Made by a program: the position numbers and the translations under genes
Part shown: positions 11,208-23,187 of the stretch, piece by piece
Numbering within the stretch: the first letter of the stretch is position 1
How the letters are laid out: every line of letters begins with the position of its first letter
The notes under the pieces: model-generated
The model's input: the letters and a program-made list of their open reading frames with translations, nothing else
Told to the model about the DNA's origin: nothing
Databases searched by the model: none
Source of the DNA: Escherichia coli
GTDB taxonomy: Bacteria; Pseudomonadota; Gammaproteobacteria; Enterobacterales; Enterobacteriaceae
Length of the DNA stretch: 64,000 nt
Assembly: GCF_024502345.1 (NCBI RefSeq)
Contig: NZ_JALDNN010000001.1
Direction: 5' to 3' (one strand)

Positions 11208-11685
11208 AACATTCCTTATTCATCATCTGTTTTATGCTAAGGTTTTTAAATTGGATAATTAGAACAGGAATGGATTTTCTTCTACACACAATAAATATAA
11301 TGCGTTATATCTTCCTGATATAATTACCTTTAAATTCCCTTTCATTTCCACCCGGTAATATTTGTGTATAAAAAAAAGGGCAGTGATAGTATCGTAAAGG
11401 AAAACGTTAACAACTATCAAAAAGCGCTCATTTTAAAAAGTTATTATGTTCTCTGATAGTGTGTGAAATGATATTTTTGTGATGTTTTAGGTGTGTAATA
11501 ATAAAATGGGTTAAGGTATCTTATAATTATTTAATAATTTGTTGTGTAAATCACTGATAAATCATAATCCAGTACGTCTTTAAACTACTGCACTGTATCG
11601 CTGATAACTAAGCAGCTCACTGATACACCATGCTGGACGCGATAATTGGAATCTCACGCAGGGAGTACTGTGTAAATAGCAAAAT

Positions 11686-11787
11686 CGCCTGATGCGCTAC
11701 GCCTGTCAGACCTACAAATAACATACAATTCATCGAATTTTCATAACATTGTAGGTCGGATAAGACGCGCCAGCGTCGCATCCGACA
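11686..11787. repeat. REP/BIME-type extragenic palindromic elements (two REP units in opposite orientation)
   Basis: gcctgatgcgctacgcctgtcagacctaca and tgtaggtcggataagacgcgccagcgtcgcatccgac resemble the E. coli REP consensus. Confidence 0.7.
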
Positions 11788-11835
11788 TAAATAAAGCGCA
11801 CTTTTCTAACAACCTGTGGGGGGGATATAGCCGCT

Positions 11836-12261
11836 TTATTTCAGGCGCTTACCCGCTTCATCAACCACTTTCTCGCCATCTTCCTTGGTGAATGCGCCTT
11901 TTTGCGCATCTGGCAGAATTTCCAGCACCACTTCTGAAGGGCGGCACAGGCGAGTTCCCAGCGTCGTCACCACAATCGGGCGATTAATCAGAATCGGGTG
12001 CTGAAGCATAAAGTCGATTAACCGATCGTCAGTAAATTTATCTTCCGCAAGGCCCAGCTCCTCATACGGTTCGACGTTTTTACGCAGCAGCGCGCGTACG
12101 GAAATCCCCATATCGGCAATGAGTTTGACCAGTTCATCGCGCGTTGGCGGAGTTTCCAGATAATGGATAATGGTCGGTTCTGTGCCGCTGTTGCGGATCA
12201 TCTCCAGCGTATTACGCGACGTGCCGCAGGCCGGGTTGTGATAAATGGTAATGTTGCTCAT
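11836..12261 (-). CDS. arsC: Arsenate reductase ArsC, 141 aa
   Basis: ORF translation MSNITIYHNPACGTSRNTLEMIRNSG... (Spx/ArsC family, catalytic Cys in NPACGTS). Confidence 0.96.
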   Translation of the reverse strand: MSNITIYHNPACGTSRNTLEMIRNSGTEPTIIHYLETPPTRDELVKLIADMGISVRALLRKNVEPYEELGLAEDKFTDDRLIDFMLQHPILINRPIVVTTLGTRLCRPSEVVLEILPDAQKGAFTKEDGEKVVDEAGKRLK

Positions 12262-12273
12262 ATCAGTATCTCA

Positions 12274-13563
12274 TTACAAAGTGAAAGAGAGACGTAGCGC
12301 CAGCGCAGCCAGCGTCACAAACAGCACAGGCAGGGTCATGATAATCCCTGTACGGAAGTAATATCCCCAGCTGATAGTCATATTCTTCTGCGAAAGTACG
12401 TGCAGCCAGAGCAGCGTTGCCAGGCTACCAATCGGGGTGATTTTCGGCCCCAAATCGCAGCCAATCACGTTGGCATAAACCATCGCTTCTTTGATAACGC
12501 CAGATGCCGTGCTGCCATCAATGGACAACGCGCCAACCAGTACCGTCGGCATATTGTTCATAATAGAAGAGAGGAAGGCGGTGAGGAATCCGGTGCCGAG
12601 CGTCGCGGCCCACAGGCCGTTATCCGCCAGCACGTTGAGTACGCCAGAAAGATATTCCGTTAATCCGGCATTGCGCAGGCCATAAACCACCAGATACATG
12701 CCGAGCGAGAAGATGACAATCTGCCAGGGTGCACCGCGCAGGACTTTACCCGTATTAATCGCATGACCGCGTTTAGCGACGACAAACAAAATCAGCGCGC
12801 CCACAGCTGCAATGGCGCTCACCGGAATGCCGAGCGGTTCCAGGACGAAAAATCCCACCAACAGAAGCAGTAAAACAACCCAGCCAGTTTTGAACGTAGC
12901 AGGATCTTTAATCGCTTCTGCGGGAGATTTCAGCAGCGCCTTGTCGTAGTTCTGCGGAATATCTTTGCGGAAATAGAGATGCAGCATCACCAGCGTGGCA
13001 ACAATTGCGGCGATATCCACCGGCACCATCACCGAGGCATATTCGCGAAAGCCGAGGCCAAAGAAATCTGCGGAAACGATATTCACCAGGTTGGAGACAA
13101 TAAGCGGCAGGCTGGCGGTATCGGCAATGAATCCGGCCGCCATTACGAACGCAAGCGTCGTGCCTTTACTGAATCCTAAAGCCAGCAGCATGGCGATGAC
13201 TATCGGCGTCAAAATAAGCGCCGCGCCATCATTGGCAAACAGGGCCGCAACGGCGGCACCGAGCAGGACAATCCAGGTAAACAGCAAGCGACCGCGTCCA
13301 TTGCCCCAGCGTGAAACGTGCAGCGCTGCCCATTCAAAAAAGCCGGACTCATCCAGCAGCAGGCTGATGATAATAACGGCAATAAACGCAGCCGTCGCGT
13401 TCCAGACGATATTCCACACCACCGGAATATCACCCGGATGTACCACGCCCGTAACTAACGCCAGTACTGCGCCGAGCGTTGCACTCCAGCCGATGCCTAA
13501 ACCTTTCGGCTGCCAGATAACCAATACAATGGTCAGGACAAAGATAGCACCTGCCAGTAACAT
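12274..13563 (-). CDS. arsB: Arsenite/antimonite efflux permease ArsB, 429 aa
   Basis: Full-length polytopic membrane ORF directly upstream of arsC; ArsB-like sequence. Confidence 0.96.
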   Translation of the reverse strand: MLLAGAIFVLTIVLVIWQPKGLGIGWSATLGAVLALVTGVVHPGDIPVVWNIVWNATAAFIAVIIISLLLDESGFFEWAALHVSRWGNGRGRLLFTWIVLLGAAVAALFANDGAALILTPIVIAMLLALGFSKGTTLAFVMAAGFIADTASLPLIVSNLVNIVSADFFGLGFREYASVMVPVDIAAIVATLVMLHLYFRKDIPQNYDKALLKSPAEAIKDPATFKTGWVVLLLLLVGFFVLEPLGIPVSAIAAVGALILFVVAKRGHAINTGKVLRGAPWQIVIFSLGMYLVVYGLRNAGLTEYLSGVLNVLADNGLWAATLGTGFLTAFLSSIMNNMPTVLVGALSIDGSTASGVIKEAMVYANVIGCDLGPKITPIGSLATLLWLHVLSQKNMTISWGYYFRTGIIMTLPVLFVTLAALALRLSFTL

Positions 13564-13616
13564 AATGCCTCCCGGAAAAACACATATGCAAATCCATATG
13601 TGTTTAGATAAATTTT

Positions 13617-13970
13617 TTAACTACAAGTGTTCTTACTGTCTACGGAACAATTTTGTCTGGCCAGGTTGCGGACAATCACCTGAACCTTTTCCTGTTCGCA
13701 TCGCCAGGCCTGCTCAATTATTTTCGCGGCCCATGATGGAATATGCGGTGATAAGCGGTAATGAACCCACTTACCCTGCTTGCGATCCAGCAACAAACCG
13801 CTTTCACGAAGAAGCGCCAGATGGCGGGAGATCTTGGGCTGCGACTGGTCGAGAGCAGTGCAGAGATCACAGACGCATAACTCTCCCAGCTCGCTGAGCA
13901 GTAAAACGATGCCCAGACGGGTTTCATCGGCAAGAATTTTGAACAGTTGGATGGGTAACAGAAATGACAT
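13617..13970 (-). CDS. arsR: ArsR/SmtB-family arsenic-responsive repressor ArsR, 117 aa
   Basis: ORF translation [37 protein letters not shown]... (metal-binding ELCVCDL motif, winged HTH). Confidence 0.95.
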   Translation of the reverse strand: MSFLLPIQLFKILADETRLGIVLLLSELGELCVCDLCTALDQSQPKISRHLALLRESGLLLDRKQGKWVHYRLSPHIPSWAAKIIEQAWRCEQEKVQVIVRNLARQNCSVDSKNTCS

Positions 13971-14119
13971 ATTGCGCTCCTGATTGTTGCAGGTAGTGTC
14001 TCTCTTCGAAGCGGATAAGTCAAAAACATATATGGTTTAACGAATGTGTATGTGCAGAGGAAGGTAATAGGTGTGAATTAAGCGTTGGCTATTCATTTGA
14101 AAGGAGGTCTGAATCAGGA

Positions 14120-14205
14120 CGTAAAAAAACCGACTTTGCGTCGGTTTTTTACTTTCCAGCCCAGAGTTGGTGGCTCTGGCTGGAGTGAGAATGCCCACAT
14201 CTAAC
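14120..14205 (-). ncRNA. agrB: agrB-like small antisense RNA (repeat copy nearest arsR)
   Basis: Block shared with the dinQ leader (ctggctggagtgagaatgcc...) on the opposite strand to dinQ; putative -35 ttgcaa / -10 tagtat on the minus strand; hairpin plus U-run at 14123..14150. Ends approximate; agrA/agrB naming from recollection of K-12 order. Confidence 0.55.
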
Positions 14206-14351
14206 GGTTCAATACTATTAGCCAGTGGCTAACATTGCAAGCGTTAGCGATTTCTTCAGCTGGAGAAGGGACAGTTTGCTATACATGTTGGTGAAAGAGG
14301 ATTTATATACTTTCATCGGGTCGCTGCCGTACCAGGCTTTGTCCGAATCCG

Positions 14352-14442
14352 GATGTAAAAAAACCGACTTCGCGTCGGTTTTTTTACTGTTCAGCCCTGA
14401 GTTGGTGGCTCTGGCTGGAGTGAGAATGCCATCATCTAACGC
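14352..14442 (-). ncRNA. agrA: agrA-like small antisense RNA (repeat copy nearest dinQ)
   Basis: Second copy of the same repeat with its own putative -35 ttgcaa / -10 tagcat and terminator hairpin at 14355..14385; ends approximate. Confidence 0.55.
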
Positions 14443-14502
14443 ATCAATGCTAATACCATACTGAAACTATTGCAAGGACATGCTGGTTTTATAACCTGAA
14501 TA

Positions 14503-14522
14503 TACTGTATGATTATCCAGTT
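14503..14522 (+). promoter_or_regulatory. LexA operator (SOS box) in the dinQ promoter
   Basis: tactgtatgattatccagtt contains CTGT-N8-CCAG, one mismatch from the CTGT-N8-ACAG consensus, upstream of the dinQ peptide ORF. Confidence 0.8.
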
Positions 14523-14713
14523 AGCTCTGAGGCATTTTCACTCTGGTAATGCGCATAAACGCTTTCAAAGTCCTGGTCAGAAGTACGGGTGGTGCCGTTA
14601 ACTGATGCTCTGGCCGGAGTGAGAATGCCATTATCTAACAATAGGGCATGCACCGTGACAGGCAGTGGATGAGTAAGCGGATGCATTCTCACTCCATCGC
14701 ATGGAGAAAACGG

Positions 14714-14797
14714 GTGATTGATAAAGCAATCATCGTTCTTGGAGCGTTAATTGCGCTGTTGGAACTGATCCGCTTTCTGCTTCAGCTTCTGAACTGA
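14714..14797 (+). CDS. dinQ: DinQ small hydrophobic toxic peptide (27 aa, GTG start), type I toxin
   Basis: gtg att gat aaa gca atc atc gtt ctt gga gcg tta att gcg ctg ttg gaa ctg atc cgc ttt ctg ctt cag ctt ctg aac tga translates to VIDKAIIVLGALIALLELIRFLLQLLN; downstream of the LexA box; leader contains the sequence complementary to agrA/agrB. Confidence 0.8.
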   Translation: MIDKAIIVLGALIALLELIRFLLQLLN

Positions 14798-14850
14798 TAG
14801 CGGAAACGTAATTAAGGGCTAAGAGCACACTACTCTTAGCCCTTTAACAT

Positions 14851-16203
14851 TTAACGCATGGTCACGAACTCTTCTGCCGCCGTTGGGTGAATGGCGACGG
14901 TATTGTCGAAGTCTTTTTTGGTTGCCCCCATCTTCAGCGCCACCGCGAAGCCCTGCAACATTTCGTCCATACTAAAACCAATGCCGTGAATACCGACAAT
15001 CTTCTCTTCCGGCCCAACGCACACCAGCTTCATGCGGCACGGCTGGCGGTGAGTGGTGACGGCGGTATACATCGCGGTGAAAGAGGATTTATACACTTTC
15101 ACCTGATCGTCGCCGTACTGCTCGCGCGCCTGCGGTTCCGTTAAACCAACAGTACCAATCGGCGGATGGCTGAAGACCACGGTCGGAATGTTGCTGTAAT
15201 CCAGATGCTCATCCGGCTTGTTATTAAACAGGCGTTCAGAGAGACGGCGACCCGCTGCAACTGCTACCGGTGTCAGTTCTACTGCACCCGTGTTATCACC
15301 CACCGCGTAAATACCTTCAACGTTGGTGTTTTGATATTTATCGACGACGATATAGCCTTTTTCGTTAGTTTTAACGCCAGCGGCTTCCAGGTTGATGTTG
15401 TCATTGGCAGGCTCGCGACCAATCGCCCAAATCAGGCAATCCACCGTTTCACTGCGACCATCTTCCAGCTCCAGCGTCAGGCTACCATCGGCATTTTTCA
15501 CTACCGCTTTCGGGATGGCGTTGGTGTGCAACTGCGGGCCTTCGGCGTTCATCACTTCGACCAGCGTTTCAGAGATCATCGGGTCGAAGCTGCGCAGCGG
15601 CGCATGTTTACGCACAAACAGATGCGTTTTCGCGCCGAGGCCGTTAATCACGCCAGCCAGCTCAACGGCGATGTAACCCGCGCCAACAACCGCCACACGC
15701 TCTGGCAAAGCAGGAAGGGCAAAGAAACCATCAGAATCAATACCGTATTCCACGCCCGGAATATCCGGGTGGCTCGGACGACCGCCGGTGGCGATCAGAA
15801 TATGATCGGCTGTGATGGTTTCACCGTTAACTTCCAGCGTTTTGGCATCAACGAAGCGGGCAAAGCCTTTGATTACATCAACGTTATTTTTACCGAGCAC
15901 GTTTTCATAGGAAGTATGAATACGGTCGATATAGGCGGTACGGCTGGCGATCAACGTTTCCCAGTTGAATTTATTGATAGTGGTATCAAAACCATAATCC
16001 GGGCCGTACATATGGATCGCTTCACGGATTTGCGCCGCGTGCCACATCACTTTCTTCGGTACGCAACCGACGTTCACGCAGGTGCCGCCCAGCTCTTTGG
16101 CTTCAATCAGCGCGCATTTCTGGCCGTACATAGCCGCGCGGTTGATGGAGGCGATACCGCCGCTGCCGCCGCCGATGGCGATGTAATCATAGTGTTTAGT
16201 CAT
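14851..16203 (-). CDS. gor: Glutathione reductase, 450 aa
   Basis: ORF translation [51 protein letters not shown]... (FAD/NAD disulfide reductase with CVNVGC redox site). Confidence 0.97.
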   Translation of the reverse strand: MTKHYDYIAIGGGSGGIASINRAAMYGQKCALIEAKELGGTCVNVGCVPKKVMWHAAQIREAIHMYGPDYGFDTTINKFNWETLIASRTAYIDRIHTSYENVLGKNNVDVIKGFARFVDAKTLEVNGETITADHILIATGGRPSHPDIPGVEYGIDSDGFFALPALPERVAVVGAGYIAVELAGVINGLGAKTHLFVRKHAPLRSFDPMISETLVEVMNAEGPQLHTNAIPKAVVKNADGSLTLELEDGRSETVDCLIWAIGREPANDNINLEAAGVKTNEKGYIVVDKYQNTNVEGIYAVGDNTGAVELTPVAVAAGRRLSERLFNNKPDEHLDYSNIPTVVFSHPPIGTVGLTEPQAREQYGDDQVKVYKSSFTAMYTAVTTHRQPCRMKLVCVGPEEKIVGIHGIGFSMDEMLQGFAVALKMGATKKDFDNTVAIHPTAAEEFVTMR

Positions 16204-16274
16204 GACAGAGTGTCCTTATCGTTGATTACCGCGATTGTAGCGCGAGACGTAATAGGTGCCAGCGATGGCTGCAA

Positions 16275-17117
16275 TTACTCCGGCACGATCCAGCTTACGG
16301 TGGCGTGCCCGGTACCTGCCGGAACCAGTTTGCTGTGCAGCCACGGCAGCACGTTATTCATCTGCTGTTCCAGCTTCCACGGCGGGTTAATCACAATCAT
16401 GCCGGAAGCGGTCATGCCACGGCGATCGCTGTCTGGCAGTACCGCCAGTTCAATTTGCAGAATTTTGCGAATACCGGTCGCTTCCAGATCGTGGATCATG
16501 CGCTTAATTTGCTGACGCAGCACCACCGGATACCACAGTGCGTAAGTACCAGTGGCGAAACGTTTGTAGCCTTCTGCTATCCCGCTGACCACCGCCTGAT
16601 AGTCGGTTTTCATTTCATACGGCGGGTCGATAAGGATTAAACCACGGCGGGAAACCGGTGGCAATTTGGCCTTAAGTTGCTGGAAACCGTCGGCTTTTTC
16701 GACGCGTGCACGGCTGTCTTTCTGAAATTCAGAACGCAACAACGGGTAATCGCTCGGGTGCAGCTCGGTCAGTTGCAGACTATCCTGCTCGCGCAGTAGC
16801 TGGCGAGCAATCAACGGTGATCCGGGGTAGTAACGCAACTGACCGCTACGGTTGAAGTGTTTTACCACATTGATGTACGGCTCCAGCTCCGCAGGCAAAT
16901 CGTCCTGCTGCCAGATACGGGCGATACCTTCGAGATATTCGCCGGTACGCTCGGCATGTTCGCTGCCTAACTGATAACGCCCGGCCCCTGCGTGGGTGTC
17001 GAGATAGAGAAACGGTTTATCTTTCTCTTTCAGCGACTCGATGATCAGGCTCTGAACGGTATGTTTAAGGACGTCGGCGTGGTTGCCAGCGTGAAAGCTG
17101 TGGCGATAACTGAGCAT
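16275..17117 (-). CDS. rlmJ: 23S rRNA m6A2030 methyltransferase RlmJ (YhiR), 280 aa
   Basis: ORF 16275..17168 trimmed to the ATG giving MLSYRHSFHAGNHADVLKH... Confidence 0.9.
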   Translation of the reverse strand: MLSYRHSFHAGNHADVLKHTVQSLIIESLKEKDKPFLYLDTHAGAGRYQLGSEHAERTGEYLEGIARIWQQDDLPAELEPYINVVKHFNRSGQLRYYPGSPLIARQLLREQDSLQLTELHPSDYPLLRSEFQKDSRARVEKADGFQQLKAKLPPVSRRGLILIDPPYEMKTDYQAVVSGIAEGYKRFATGTYALWYPVVLRQQIKRMIHDLEATGIRKILQIELAVLPDSDRRGMTASGMIVINPPWKLEQQMNNVLPWLHSKLVPAGTGHATVSWIVPE

Positions 17118-17319
17118 GGGTAAAGGTGTTCCGGTAAGTAAAAATCGGCCCGTATTCGGGGCGCACAAAAGCCTATCAGGACAGTATACCGAAAAGAGGC
17201 CGCCGCCGCGAAAGCGTAACGTTTCTCATTGAAATTCACTACACTTAACCCCATGCTACAAACATTATGTAAAGCGCCTGTTGAGCGCTTCCTTAACCTC
17301 TTTAACCAGGACTGCGCTA

Positions 17320-19362
17320 ATGACGAATCCGTTACTGACTCCCTTTGAATTGCCTCCGTTTTCTAAAATTCTCCCGGAACATGTCGTTCCAGCCGTGACT
17401 AAGGCATTGAATGACTGCCGCGAAAATGTGGAGCGCGTAGTAGCGCAAGGAGCACCGTACACCTGGGAAAATCTCTGCCAGCCGTTGGCGGAAGTGGACG
17501 ATGTGTTGGGGCGTATTTTCTCCCCGGTCAGCCACCTGAACTCGGTGAAAAATAGCCCGGAATTGCGCGAAGCGTACGAACAAACTCTGCCGCTGCTGTC
17601 GGAATACAGCACCTGGGTAGGGCAACATGAAGGGCTGTATAAAGCGTACCGCGACCTGCGCGATGGCGATCATTACGCCACGCTGAACACGGCTCAGAAA
17701 AAAGCGGTTGATAACGCACTGCGCGATTTTGAACTCTCAGGCATCGGTCTGCCGAAAGAGAAACAACAGCGTTACGGCGAAATTGCCACTCGTCTTTCTG
17801 AACTGGGCAACCAGTACAGCAACAACGTCCTTGATGCGACGATGGGCTGGACTAAACTCGTTACCGACGAAGCGGAACTGGCGGGGATGCCAGAAAGCGC
17901 GCTGGCTGCGGCAAAAGCCCAGGCCGAAGCGAAAGAGCTGGAAGGCTACCTGTTGACGCTGGATATCCCAAGCTACTTGCCGGTAATGACCTACTGCGAC
18001 AACCAGGCCTTGCGTGAAGAGATGTATCGTGCTTACAGCACCCGCGCTTCAGATCAAGGCCCGAACGCCGGTAAGTGGGACAACAGCAAGGTGATGGAAG
18101 AGATCCTCGCGCTGCGTCACGAACTGGCGCAACTGCTGGGCTTTGAAAACTACGCCTTCAAATCACTTGCCACTAAAATGGCAGAAAACCCGCAGCAGGT
18201 GCTGGATTTCTTAACCGATCTGGCAAAACGCGCACGTCCGCAAGGCGAAAAAGAGCTGGCGCAACTGCGTTCCTTCGCCAAAGCCGAATTTGGCGTCGAT
18301 GAGTTGCAGCCGTGGGATATCGCGTACTACAGCGAAAAACAAAAACAGCACCTCTACAGCATCAGTGACGAACAGCTGCGTCCGTACTTCCCGGAAAACA
18401 AAGCGGTTAACGGCTTGTTTGAAGTGGTAAAACGTATTTACGGCATCACCGCTAAAGAGCGTAAAGATGTTGATGTCTGGCACCCGGATGTACGTTTCTT
18501 CGAACTGTATGACGAGAACAACGAACTGCGCGGCAGTTTCTACCTCGACCTGTATGCCCGTGAAAACAAGCGCGGCGGGGCGTGGATGGATGACTGCGTA
18601 GGCCAGATGCGCAAAGCTGACGGTTCTCTGCAAAAACCGGTCGCGTATCTGACCTGTAACTTTAACCGTCCGGTAAATGGTAAACCGGCGCTGTTTACCC
18701 ATGACGAAGTGATCACCCTGTTCCACGAGTTCGGTCACGGCCTGCACCATATGCTGACCCGCATAGAAACCGCCGGTGTATCCGGGATCAGCGGGGTGCC
18801 GTGGGATGCGGTCGAACTGCCGAGCCAGTTTATGGAAAACTGGTGCTGGGAGCCTGAGGCGCTGGCGTTTATCTCCGGTCACTATGAAACCGGCGAACCG
18901 CTGCCGAAGGAGCTGCTGGATAAAATGCTGGCGGCGAAAAACTACCAGGCGGCGCTGTTTATTCTGCGCCAGCTGGAGTTCGGTCTGTTCGATTTCCGCC
19001 TCCATGCCGAGTTCCGTCCGGATCAGGGGGCGAAAATCCTCGAAACTCTGGCAGAAATCAAGAAACTGGTTGCCGTAGTACCGTCTCCATCCTGGGGCCG
19101 TTTCCCGCACGCTTTCAGCCATATTTTCGCCGGTGGTTATGCCGCAGGTTACTACAGCTACCTGTGGGCCGACGTGCTGGCGGCAGATGCCTTCTCGCGC
19201 TTTGAGGAAGAGGGCATTTTCAACCGTGAAACCGGACAGTCGTTCCTCGACAACATTCTGAGCCGTGGCGGTTCAGAAGAGCCGATGGATCTGTTCAAAC
19301 GCTTCCGTGGGCGTGAACCGCAGCTGGATGCGATGCTGGAGCATTACGGCATTAAGGGCTGA
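17320..19362 (+). CDS. prlC: Oligopeptidase A (M3 zinc metallopeptidase), 680 aa
   Basis: ORF 17281..19362 trimmed to ATG at 17320 ([15 protein letters not shown]...); HEFGH zinc-binding motif present. Confidence 0.95.
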   Translation: MTNPLLTPFELPPFSKILPEHVVPAVTKALNDCRENVERVVAQGAPYTWENLCQPLAEVDDVLGRIFSPVSHLNSVKNSPELREAYEQTLPLLSEYSTWVGQHEGLYKAYRDLRDGDHYATLNTAQKKAVDNALRDFELSGIGLPKEKQQRYGEIATRLSELGNQYSNNVLDATMGWTKLVTDEAELAGMPESALAAAKAQAEAKELEGYLLTLDIPSYLPVMTYCDNQALREEMYRAYSTRASDQGPNAGKWDNSKVMEEILALRHELAQLLGFENYAFKSLATKMAENPQQVLDFLTDLAKRARPQGEKELAQLRSFAKAEFGVDELQPWDIAYYSEKQKQHLYSISDEQLRPYFPENKAVNGLFEVVKRIYGITAKERKDVDVWHPDVRFFELYDENNELRGSFYLDLYARENKRGGAWMDDCVGQMRKADGSLQKPVAYLTCNFNRPVNGKPALFTHDEVITLFHEFGHGLHHMLTRIETAGVSGISGVPWDAVELPSQFMENWCWEPEALAFISGHYETGEPLPKELLDKMLAAKNYQAALFILRQLEFGLFDFRLHAEFRPDQGAKILETLAEIKKLVAVVPSPSWGRFPHAFSHIFAGGYAAGYYSYLWADVLAADAFSRFEEEGIFNRETGQSFLDNILSRGGSEEPMDLFKRFRGREPQLDAMLEHYGIKG

Positions 19363-19369
19363 TCATTCA

Positions 19370-20122
19370 GTGAAAATCTGCTTAATTGATGAAACAGGCA
19401 CCGGAGACGGTGCCTTATCTGTTCTGGCGGCTCGCTGGGGGCTGGAACATGATGAAGACAACCTGATGGCGCTGGTATTAACGCCGGAACATCTGGAATT
19501 GCGCAAGCGTGATGAGCCAAAACTTGGCGGCATCTTTGTTGATTTTGTTGGCGGAGCGATGGCGCATCGTCGCAAATTCGGCGGTGGTCGTGGTGAGGCG
19601 GTGGCGAAAGCGGTGGGCATTAAAGGCGATTATTTGCCGGATGTGGTGGACGCTACCGCAGGGCTGGGGCGCGATGCCTTTGTGCTGGCTTCGGTCGGCT
19701 GCCGCGTGCGGATGCTGGAGCGTAATCCAGTGGTTGCCGCGCTACTCGACGACGGCCTGGCGCGTGGTTATGCGGATGCGGAAATCGGCGGCTGGTTGCA
19801 GGAGCGGTTGCAGTTAATTCACGCCTCCAGCCTGACGGCGCTGACCGATATTACCCCGCGCCCGCAGGTGGTTTATCTCGACCCGATGTTCCCGCATAAG
19901 CAGAAAAGCGCGCTGGTGAAAAAAGAGATGCGTGTCTTTCAGTCGCTGGTGGGGCCGGATCTTGATGCCGATGGATTACTGGAGCCTGCACGCTTGCTGG
20001 CGACCAAACGCGTGGTGGTAAAGCGCCCGGACTACGCGCCACCGCTAGCGAATGTCGCCACGCCAAACGCGGTAGTCACTAAAGGGCATCGCTTTGATAT
20101 TTATGCCGGAACGCCAGTATAA
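19370..20122 (+). CDS. rsmJ: 16S rRNA m2G1516 methyltransferase RsmJ (YhiQ), about 250 aa
   Basis: ORF 19265..20122; conserved N-terminus (V/M)[18 protein letters not shown] begins at the in-frame GTG at 19370, 8 bp after the prlC stop. Confidence 0.85.
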   Translation: MKICLIDETGTGDGALSVLAARWGLEHDEDNLMALVLTPEHLELRKRDEPKLGGIFVDFVGGAMAHRRKFGGGRGEAVAKAVGIKGDYLPDVVDATAGLGRDAFVLASVGCRVRMLERNPVVAALLDDGLARGYADAEIGGWLQERLQLIHASSLTALTDITPRPQVVYLDPMFPHKQKSALVKKEMRVFQSLVGPDLDADGLLEPARLLATKRVVVKRPDYAPPLANVATPNAVVTKGHRFDIYAGTPV

Positions 20123-20170
20123 AAGTAAAGCAGGGTAGCGATAACGCTACCCTGCTTTCTGCAAGAATAA

Positions 20171-21640
20171 TTAATGGCTTTCCGGCGTCGCAATCATGCG
20201 TTTCAGCCACGGGACCATCAACAGCATCACTACTGCAACGCCCAGCGTGACCAGACCAATCTTACCAAACACGTTGGTATAGACGGGCAACGTCTCAAGC
20301 GGATCGGTAATGTTGTCCGGCACCGCGGTAAATGTTGCCACATAGCCGCCCAGCAAGAACGCGGCAGCCTGCGTCAGGAACCACATCCCGAGAATAAAGC
20401 CCATCAAATGCTGCGGCACCAGGGCAGCAATCATCGCCAGGCCAAGGGCGCTAATAAACAGTTCACCTAAGCTCTGGAATAAGTACACCAGCACGATAAA
20501 CCATGGCGATGTCAGCCCTTGTGCATCCGCAAACCACATTCCCGCAGCTGCCGCCGTCAAAAAGCCCAGTGAGCACATAAACATGCCGAGAGTAAATTTC
20601 ATCGGCATCGAGAGGTCTTTGCCTTTGTTACCCAGATGCGTGTAAATGCCTGCCAGTATTGGGCTGGCGAGTACCACCCAGAACGGGTTAAGCGCCTGGA
20701 AGCTGACCGGGTTGATGGAAAAACCGAGAATTTCATGATGCACGTTGTTGATGGCAAAGAAGTTCAGCGATGTTGGCATCTGGGCGTAGAGAATGTAAAA
20801 CACCACCGCTTCGAGCATCAGGACAAAGGCGACAAACATTTTATTGCGCCCGGTTTTATCCAGCTTGAATGCCTGACGAAAGAAGATGATGGTGACGACG
20901 ATGGAGAGAACAATCAGCACCAGATTGGCGACTTCTACGTTGTGCATCAGCCATGCACAGACGAAGATCATCACCACGCTGCCAAGTAACACGTACAACA
21001 GTTTGCTGAAGCTCATCGGCCGGAAGTCGGGTTCAGAACCAATGTCTTTCACCATTCCACGACAGGCGATGTAAACCAGTAATGCGATAATTAACCCCGC
21101 CCCGCACAGGTTGTAGGTGACAGAATAACCGAATCTATCAGCGATCACAGGGGCCAGCGATAATGCTATCAACGAGCCGATATTGATCGACATATAGAAC
21201 AGGGTGAATGCGCCATCAAGGCGCGGATCTTTCGGCGGATAGCACTTCGAAAGCAAGCTGGCTGGGTTAGCTTTAAACAGGCCGTTACCGACAGCGATAG
21301 TCCCCAGGGCGATGAAAATCAGGTCAGGCTTAAGTAGCGACATGCCGGTCATGAAGTAGCCAATCGCCAGCACAAGTGCTCCAAGAACGATGGTGCGTTT
21401 GGTCCCCAGCAGGTGGTCGCCGACATAGCCGCCAATGGAAATGAGGCCATAGACCAGCGCAGCAAAAGCACCAAAAGTGACAAAAGCCTGCTCTTGCGAG
21501 AATCCAAGCTGTTTAACGAAGAAAACCGCCAGTACGCCCTGCACGCCGTAGTAGCCGAATCGCTCCCATAACTCGACAAAAAAGATCATGAAAAATGGGC
21601 GAGGTTGCTGCAGCATCCCCATGGGTGTTGTTGTATTCAT
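20171..21640 (-). CDS. dtpB: Proton-dependent di/tripeptide transporter DtpB (YhiP), 489 aa
   Basis: Full-length POT/PTR2-family membrane ORF, N-terminus [32 protein letters not shown]. Confidence 0.94.
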
Positions 21641-21956
21641 ATTTATTAACCTTCCAATACCATCCTGAAAAGTATGAACGCGTAAGGGATAACGCGCGAA
21701 AAAGTTTACATCTGTCAGAGATTCTTAATATTGATGCGGTGAATAGATTAATACACTATTACAACAGAAAATAACCAGCTGATCACACTAATGATGGAAA
21801 ATATGATGGTGTTAAATATTGTATTGGCTGGGGATTTTGATTGCGAACGCAGACCGTAGGCCAGATAAGGCGTTTACGCTAATCAGGTAACAAGGCGCGC
21901 CAAAAAGCAAAACGCCCGCATATGCGGGCGTTCAGGAACACGTCGTGGAGGGAAGA

Positions 21957-22391
21957 TTATTCTTCTTCGTCGCGCAGCGGAACAATCAGCATATCAACGT
22001 GAACGGTGTTGATCAGCTGACGTGCGGAAGACATCAGTTTGCTCCAGAAGTCCTGGTGGTGACCACAAACCACCAGATCCATATCGTATTTCTTGATTGC
22101 ATCGACCAGAACCTGGCCCAGGTCGCCGCTGCCGCTCAGGGTTTCAGTGATTGGGTATCCTGCATTAGTGGAAAGCTCGGTCAGTGCATGATGTGTCTCT
22201 TCAGAGATGCGTTTCTGCATATCACCCAGATTCACATCAATAAGCCCGGTGTATAGGTCAGAGTAGTTTACATCTACGTGGATCAGAGAAACTTTCGCAT
22301 TGTAGGGGCGAGCCATAGAGACTGCTTTCTCTACCAGAACTTTGCTTTCCGGGGAGAGATCGACCGCGATGAGAATGTGTTTATAAGCCAT
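21957..22391 (-). CDS. uspA: Universal stress protein A, 144 aa
   Basis: ORF translation [50 protein letters not shown]... Confidence 0.97.
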
Positions 22392-22781
22392 AGTGTTACT
22401 CCTTCCATAAAGTTGTCGATGACTGGCCAGCTAGCGTTTCTTGTGCCGTTACGTCACCCGCGTCCTGCGAACTACGTGCGCGGGGCTAACCCAGCCGTAA
22501 AGATTCAGTGTTAAGACCATCCTTACCTTATAGCGACCCGGATGATCCGTCAATCCGCCTTGCTTACCCGTTAGATAAACAAATTTTCGACATGAATATA
22601 TTGATAGTGGTTAACCTTCTGGAAAAAAAACAACCTGATCTCCTACACTATCTATAGAGCCGCTCGGATGTTGGTCACCACAAAAGCGGTTTCTCCAGGA
22701 CCTGGTGTTAACTGATTGGCAGCGTATCGGGAGCGGTAGCCCCGGGGTGGAACTCCGCGGGCAGGTCGCCGGGGAGGAGGT

Positions 22782-23117
22782 ATGATAAGCACCGTCGCAT
22801 TATTTTGGGCTTTATGTGTCGTTTGCATTGTTAACATGGCGCGCTATTTCTCATCACTACGCGCGTTGTTAGTGGTACTGCGTAACTGCGATCCATTGCT
22901 CTATCAATATGTTGATGGAGGGGGCTTTTTTACCTCACATGGCCAACCCAACAAACAGGTGCGTCTCGTTTGGTATATCTATGCCCAACGTTATCGCGAT
23001 CATCACGATGATGAGTTTATTCGCCGCTGTGAGCGGGTGCGTCGGCAGTTTATTCTGACCAGCGCATTGTGTGGTCTGGTGGTGGTCAGCCTGATTGCAT
23101 TGATGATTTGGCATTAA
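22782..23117 (+). CDS. uspB: Universal stress protein B (small membrane protein), 111 aa
   Basis: ORF translation [50 protein letters not shown]...; divergent from uspA. Confidence 0.95.
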
Positions 23118-23140
23118 GCTCTTCAGCAATAATAACGCAT

Positions 23141-23176
23141 AAAAAAAGCGGGCCAGTAAACTGACCCGCTCGTTTT
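23141..23176. terminator. Bidirectional intrinsic terminator between convergent uspB and pitA
   Basis: A-run, GC-rich near-palindrome gcgggccagt-aa-actgacccgc, then T-run. Confidence 0.7.
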
Positions 23177-23187
23177 GGTGCGTACGA

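Noticed and set aside
12995-13897. 300-aa plus-strand ORF
   Set aside because: Antisense to arsB and arsR; Ala/Pro/Ser-rich low-complexity translation typical of shadow ORFs.
15166-16515. 449-aa plus-strand ORF
   Set aside because: Lies entirely antisense to gor and the rlmJ 3' end; no recognisable protein features. It is a frame artefact of the GC-rich coding strand.
18211-19122. 303-aa minus-strand ORF
   Set aside because: Antisense within prlC; Arg/Gln-rich translation with no motifs.
21856-21880. Partial REP-like sequence between dtpB and uspA
   Set aside because: Only a degenerate half-match to the REP consensus (taggccagataaggcgtttacgc); too weak to call.
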